Shown here piece by piece: positions 59,987 to 64,000 of a stretch of DNA of 64,000 nt. Position numbers and translations under genes: made by a program. Location: contig CAZTZB010000002.1 in the NCBI GenBank assembly GCA_964617505.1, positions 24,501-88,500 on the forward strand. The letters run 5' to 3'. Each line of letters begins with the position of its first letter. Position 1 is the first letter of the stretch. This DNA is from an uncultured Peptostreptococcaceae bacterium. GTDB lineage: Bacteria > Bacillota > Clostridia > Peptostreptococcales > BM714. The notes below the pieces were generated by a model, which was given only the letters and a program-made list of their open reading frames with translations, did no database searches and had not been told where the DNA came from.

Positions 59987-60066
59987 ATCGAAAAATACTC
60001 GATTTATTCCACAGGCTCCATCTTTTTTATTGACTTTTCCACAGATAATTTGCCTCTTTTTAATTT

Positions 60067-60477
60067 TTAAGCTTTTTCCTGGTCTATAATCCACTGAACT
60101 CCGAATCTGTCGACCACAGTAGCAAAACGTGAATTCCAAAAAGTGTCCTGTATCGTAACCAATACCGTTCCTCCCTTGGACAGGTACTCGTAAATCAAGT
60201 CCATGTCCTCGTCCGGCTTCAGATTTATCGAAAGAGATACGGCCCCAACCCCATCCTTCCATTCTCCATCAAGAATATCCGACATGTATATGGTCATATC
60301 TCCAGACGAAAGTTCGGCATGAAGAATCTTATCCTTACTTCCATTGACATCCCACATTCCCTCAGGCGCCGCGTCATACCTTTGCAGATAAGGAACATCG
60401 CCTCCAAAGAGCCCCTTATAGTAATTTAATGCCTCCTCGCAATTTCCCTTGAATCTCAAATACGGAATCAATTTCAT
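60067..60477 (-). CDS. VOC/glyoxalase-fold protein, PhnB-like
   Basis: The MKLIPYLRFKGNCEEALNYYKGLFGG N-terminus is typical of the PhnB/3-demethylubiquinone-methyltransferase-like domain. AAGGAG SD. Confidence 0.75.
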   Translation of the reverse strand: MKLIPYLRFKGNCEEALNYYKGLFGGDVPYLQRYDAAPEGMWDVNGSKDKILHAELSSGDMTIYMSDILDGEWKDGVGAVSLSINLKPDEDMDLIYEYLSKGGTVLVTIQDTFWNSRFATVVDRFGVQWIIDQEKA

Positions 60478-60708
60478 ATTATAATCTCCTTATAAATTCC
60501 AGGTTTACATAGTCAATAATTACATACCCTAGCGATGTGTGGTCCAACCATTCAAACAATAAATCCCTATTAAATTGCCATAAATCCTTCATATAACTAT
60601 GACTCTTTGATACACTTATGATATATTTAAAAAAGACAGCAAACTTACGAGAAATTTTCATTTTTTTGCATGTCTTTAATATACAAAGACTAAAAAGGTT
60701 GGTGCCTT

Positions 60709-62064
60709 ATGAAAATAATTATTATAGGAGCCGGAAAACTTGGGACAAAGCTTGCAACTTCTATGATTAGCAACGACATGCATGTCGCTATAATGGACAG
60801 CAATCCGGTAGTCCTCGGCAAACTCAAAGACCATATGGATGTATTAACCATAAATGCCAACGGAGCGAGAAAGGAAATTCTCGAAAAACTCAATATTTCA
60901 TCCTACGATCTGGCTATTGCCGTAACAAGCAACGACGAAACGAACATACTCATCAGCTCCATGGCCAAGAAGCTAGGCTGCAAGAAAAGCATAGCACGCA
61001 TCCGCAATCCCGAATACGCAGACCAGCTTGAATTCATACAAGAAACCTACGGCATAGACCATGTGGTAAACCCCGACCTTGCAACCGCCAACGAGATACT
61101 CCGGTATCTGATGGAAAGCTACACCTTCTACTTCGGCAACTACGCAATGGGAAAGGTATCTCTTGTTAACTTCAACATAAAGAATATTCCCACTTTCGCA
61201 AACAAAAGCGTAAGCGAGCTCAGCTACATGGACGGACTGCTCATAACCGCCATATCGCGTGATGGTGAGATTATTGTCCCGCACGGGGGAACTGTTCTAA
61301 AGGAAAACGATATAATATATGTAATTGGGCAAAAGAACAAAATAGAGGGAATAGCCAAGAATCTTGAAGAGCCAATCGGAAACAAGGCCATCAAGAAGGT
61401 AATGATTCTAGGCGGTGGAAAGATAGGTTACTATTTGGCCGAACGCCTTTCAAAAAAAAATATTAGCGTCAAGATTATAGAAGCCAATCTTGAGCGCTGC
61501 AAGGAGCTTGCAGACCAGCTTAGCGACAATGTCTTGGTAATCCATGGAAACGGAACTGAAGCCAATCTTCTTGAAGAAGAAGATCTTGCCACTATGAACG
61601 CCTTCATAGGTGTCACCGGCTACGACGAAGAAAATCTCTTCATGTCTCTGAGGGCCAAACAACTTAACATAGGAAAGGTAATTGCAAAAATTTCAAGACA
61701 GAGCTATGTCCATATAATTGAAAAACTTGGAATAGACTTAGCAATAAATCCTGTTGACATAACTGCAAGCGACATACTCAAATACATCAGGGGCGGAAAG
61801 GTAGTTTCAGTCTCCCTGCTTTTAGATGGGCAAGCCGAGGTAAGCGAAATTATAGCCTCTAAAAGTTGGAAGTTTCTGAAGAAACCGATAATGAGTCTCA
61901 ATCTTCCAAAAGGAATCATAATAGGGGCAATTGTACACGACGGCAAAGTCATCATTCCAAAGGGCAATTCGATAATACAGGCAGAAGATAGGATTGTAGT
62001 ATTCTCTCTCATGTCCGAGGTCCCAAAACTTGAATCTTTCTTTCCCTTAAAGGACGGTCGATAA
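60709..62064 (+). CDS. trkA: Trk potassium uptake system NAD-binding subunit
   Basis: Two RCK-N/RCK-C modules (IIIIGAGKLG and VMILGGGKIG). Confidence 0.92.
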   Translation: MKIIIIGAGKLGTKLATSMISNDMHVAIMDSNPVVLGKLKDHMDVLTINANGARKEILEKLNISSYDLAIAVTSNDETNILISSMAKKLGCKKSIARIRNPEYADQLEFIQETYGIDHVVNPDLATANEILRYLMESYTFYFGNYAMGKVSLVNFNIKNIPTFANKSVSELSYMDGLLITAISRDGEIIVPHGGTVLKENDIIYVIGQKNKIEGIAKNLEEPIGNKAIKKVMILGGGKIGYYLAERLSKKNISVKIIEANLERCKELADQLSDNVLVIHGNGTEANLLEEEDLATMNAFIGVTGYDEENLFMSLRAKQLNIGKVIAKISRQSYVHIIEKLGIDLAINPVDITASDILKYIRGGKVVSVSLLLDGQAEVSEIIASKSWKFLKKPIMSLNLPKGIIIGAIVHDGKVIIPKGNSIIQAEDRIVVFSLMSEVPKLESFFPLKDGR

Positions 62065-63512
62065 TGAATCATAGAATGGTATTTAAGGTATTAGGATATT
62101 TATTGCTAATAATAGCTCTTGGGATGGTTACGCCCCTTCTCATATCAGTGTCTCACCAGCAAAGCGACACCATCCCCTTTATTATAAGCATAGCCATAAC
62201 AGCGTTGATCGGTTTTGCTTTAACAAAAATCCCATTAAAAAACAAGATTCTCAAGGTAAAGGAAAGCCTAGCTATAGTAACTTTCGGTTGGATTTTCGCT
62301 TCCATTTTAGGCGCCCTTCCCTTTTACCTATCCGGTTGCATACCTACTTATGTAGATGCTTTTTTTGAAACCGTATCAGGCTTCACAACGACAGGGGCCA
62401 CCATAATAAATGATATTGAGGTTCTCCCAATGGGAATTCTCTTTTGGCGTTCCTTCACCCACTGGATTGGAGGAATGGGAATACTGGTTGTAGCCGTTGC
62501 TATTCTTCCAATAATGGGCACAGGAGGCTTTCATGTATTCAAGGCGGAGAGTCCCGGGCCAGTAGCCGACAAAATTGCCCCAAGAATAATGGAAACCGCC
62601 AAGATACTCTACGTGGCCTACATCATAATATCTCTGGCAGAATTTTTGCTTCTCAAACTTGGAGGAATGTCGGTATTCGAATCCGCCGTCCATACCTTCG
62701 GAACACTGGGAACAGGAGGCTTCTCTACCAGAAACTCAAGCATAGGCGCCTTCAACAGCCCCTACATTTTTAATGTCATATCTATTTTCATGATAATGGC
62801 AGGTGCCAACTTTTCACTCTACTACAGCCTTTATAAAGGAAAGTGGAGGGATGTCATAAAAAATACAGAACTGAAATTCTATCTCGGAATCATAGCGGTG
62901 AGTGTCCTTGCCATAACCATAGACAACAATTTTCACATTTATCACAATTGGTTTGAATCCTTCACGCACTCCCTGTTTCAGGCAAGCTCAATCATGACTA
63001 CCACAGGATATACAACCTTCGACTATGAAAAATGGTCTGCCTTCTCAAGAAGCATCCTTTTCATGCTGATGTTTGTTGGTGGATGCGCAGGATCGACAGG
63101 TGGTTCAATCAAGGTTGTTCGTATTGTTGCACTTATAAAACTTATTAAAAGAGAGCTTACCAAAATTCTTCACCCACGCGCAATAATATCAGTCAAGTTC
63201 GGCGACGATCCCTTATCAGAAGACACACTCCTCAACATATCAAGCTTCTTCATGCTTTATATGCTTATATTTATACTTGGATCTGTTGCAATCTCCCTAG
63301 AGGGAATTGATATAATAAGCGCGACAAGCGCCGTTGCCGCAACACTCGGAAACATAGGTCCTGGATTTGGTTTCGTTGGACCCACACACACCTATTCCGA
63401 GTTTTCCGTTTTGAGCAAGCTGCTTCTTTCATTCTTCATGTTGCTTGGAAGGCTGGAGCTTTTCACAGTAATAGCACTTATGTCACCAAGGTTCTGGAAA
63501 CGCGAAATGTAA
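62064..63512 (+). CDS. trkH: Trk/Ktr-type potassium transporter membrane subunit
   Basis: TAATG overlap with trkA. Repeated pore-loop motifs (SGFTTTG, GTGGFST, TTTGYT). Confidence 0.92.
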   Translation: MNHRMVFKVLGYLLLIIALGMVTPLLISVSHQQSDTIPFIISIAITALIGFALTKIPLKNKILKVKESLAIVTFGWIFASILGALPFYLSGCIPTYVDAFFETVSGFTTTGATIINDIEVLPMGILFWRSFTHWIGGMGILVVAVAILPIMGTGGFHVFKAESPGPVADKIAPRIMETAKILYVAYIIISLAEFLLLKLGGMSVFESAVHTFGTLGTGGFSTRNSSIGAFNSPYIFNVISIFMIMAGANFSLYYSLYKGKWRDVIKNTELKFYLGIIAVSVLAITIDNNFHIYHNWFESFTHSLFQASSIMTTTGYTTFDYEKWSAFSRSILFMLMFVGGCAGSTGGSIKVVRIVALIKLIKRELTKILHPRAIISVKFGDDPLSEDTLLNISSFFMLYMLIFILGSVAISLEGIDIISATSAVAATLGNIGPGFGFVGPTHTYSEFSVLSKLLLSFFMLLGRLELFTVIALMSPRFWKREM

Positions 63513-63522
63513 CAAAAAACAA

Positions 63523-63548
63523 AGCCGGCTCAACTGAGCCGGCTTTTT
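63523..63548. terminator. Bidirectional terminator between trkH and the aminotransferase gene
   Basis: AGCCGGCTC-AACT-GAGCCGGCT followed by TTTTT, with an A-run on the other side. Confidence 0.8.
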
Positions 63549-63587
63549 AACGCCATAAACATTTGCTTCAAAACACTTAAACTACAC

Positions 63588-64000
63588 CTATAAAGATTTA
63601 ATGAATGCTGATATCCTTTTAAGCCCTTCAGCTATAATGACAGGATCATTCGCATATCCTATCCTAAGATATCCCTCCATCTGCATAACATTTCCAGGAA
63701 GTAAAATCACCCCTGTTTCATCAAGTAATCGTTTACAAAAGCTTTCTGAATCCATGTCTAAATCGTATTTAAGGAAAGCAGTCGTTCCGGCCTTCGGTTC
63801 TATATAGCTGATTTTATCCTCTTTAGAAACCCAATCAGAAAGCATTTTCTTGTTTTTCCTTACAATCTCAAGGTTTCTTTCAACAATCTTGTCTTTATTC
63901 TCAAGCGCCAGTGCCGCTAGATATTCGTCAATCATACCGCAGCTGATTGTATTGTAATCTCTATGTTTTAATACCTCATCCATAACCTCTTTTGGTGCGC
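63588..64000 (-). CDS. Class I/II PLP-dependent aminotransferase, C-terminal part (gene runs off the window)
   Basis: The frame stays open to the window edge. The C-terminal domain pattern (PKAGTTAFLKY..., LLPGNVMQMEGYLRIGYA) is typical of the fold-type I aminotransferase small domain. Confidence 0.72.
   Translation of the reverse strand, partial: APKEVMDEVLKHRDYNTISCGMIDEYLAALALENKDKIVERNLEIVRKNKKMLSDWVSKEDKISYIEPKAGTTAFLKYDLDMDSESFCKRLLDETGVILLPGNVMQMEGYLRIGYANDPVIIAEGLKRISAFIKSL

Noticed and set aside
60479-60661. 60-aa ORF immediately upstream of the VOC gene
   Set aside because: It overlaps the VOC gene's SD and promoter region, has no SD of its own and shows no motif. It is probably a chance ORF in AT-rich intergenic DNA.
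1-64000. I looked for CRISPR arrays, tRNA/rRNA genes, IS/transposase or integrase genes, prophage modules, toxin-antitoxin pairs and defence systems
   Set aside because: I found no spaced direct-repeat array, no cloverleaf-like segment in any intergenic gap, and no ORF with recombinase, nuclease-defence or phage structural motifs. The window reads as core chromosome.

Overview
This is a 64-kb chromosomal window that appears to come from a low-GC, strictly anaerobic Firmicute (Clostridia/Tissierellia-like). That placement is an inference from a CtsR operator, a PyrR attenuator, sigma-54 promoters, [FeFe]-hydrogenase maturases, a UGA-encoded selenoprotein and strong GGAGG ribosome-binding sites. 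I count about 60 genes, roughly 85% on the minus strand, and nearly all are housekeeping or metabolic. I recognised no rRNA, tRNA, CRISPR array, transposase or phage gene. In order, the blocks are: GT4 glycosyltransferase; pyrB-I-C-F-K-D-E operon behind a PyrR attenuator; MATE pump; an Opp-type ABC transporter with no binding-protein gene, whose two permeases each carry a large degenerate M28/PA peptidase-like ectodomain; FAD oxidoreductase; threonine-dehydrogenase-like SDR; a HesB-like selenoprotein gene missed by the ORF track because of an in-frame TGA; pgeF; CtsR-controlled J-protein/clpB; hydE-hydF; Ddl-like ATP-grasp and DmpA peptidase; speA / speD-speE-speB polyamine genes; LysM protein; a structured tandem repeat between two terminators; pyruvate carboxylase; lipoprotein plus two-component system; two sigma-54 operons with their activator (CoA-transferase/GntP permease/SDR, and hbd/thiolase/thiolase-like); orphan carboxyltransferase plus RpiR; deoD; nqrBCDEF without nqrA; HAD, VOC, trkAH; and a partial aminotransferase. 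The most unusual items are the peptidase-like/permease fusions, the nqrA-less NQR operon, the hidden selenoprotein and the covarying tandem hairpin repeat. All functional calls rest on my reading of motifs in the translations. No database search was run.
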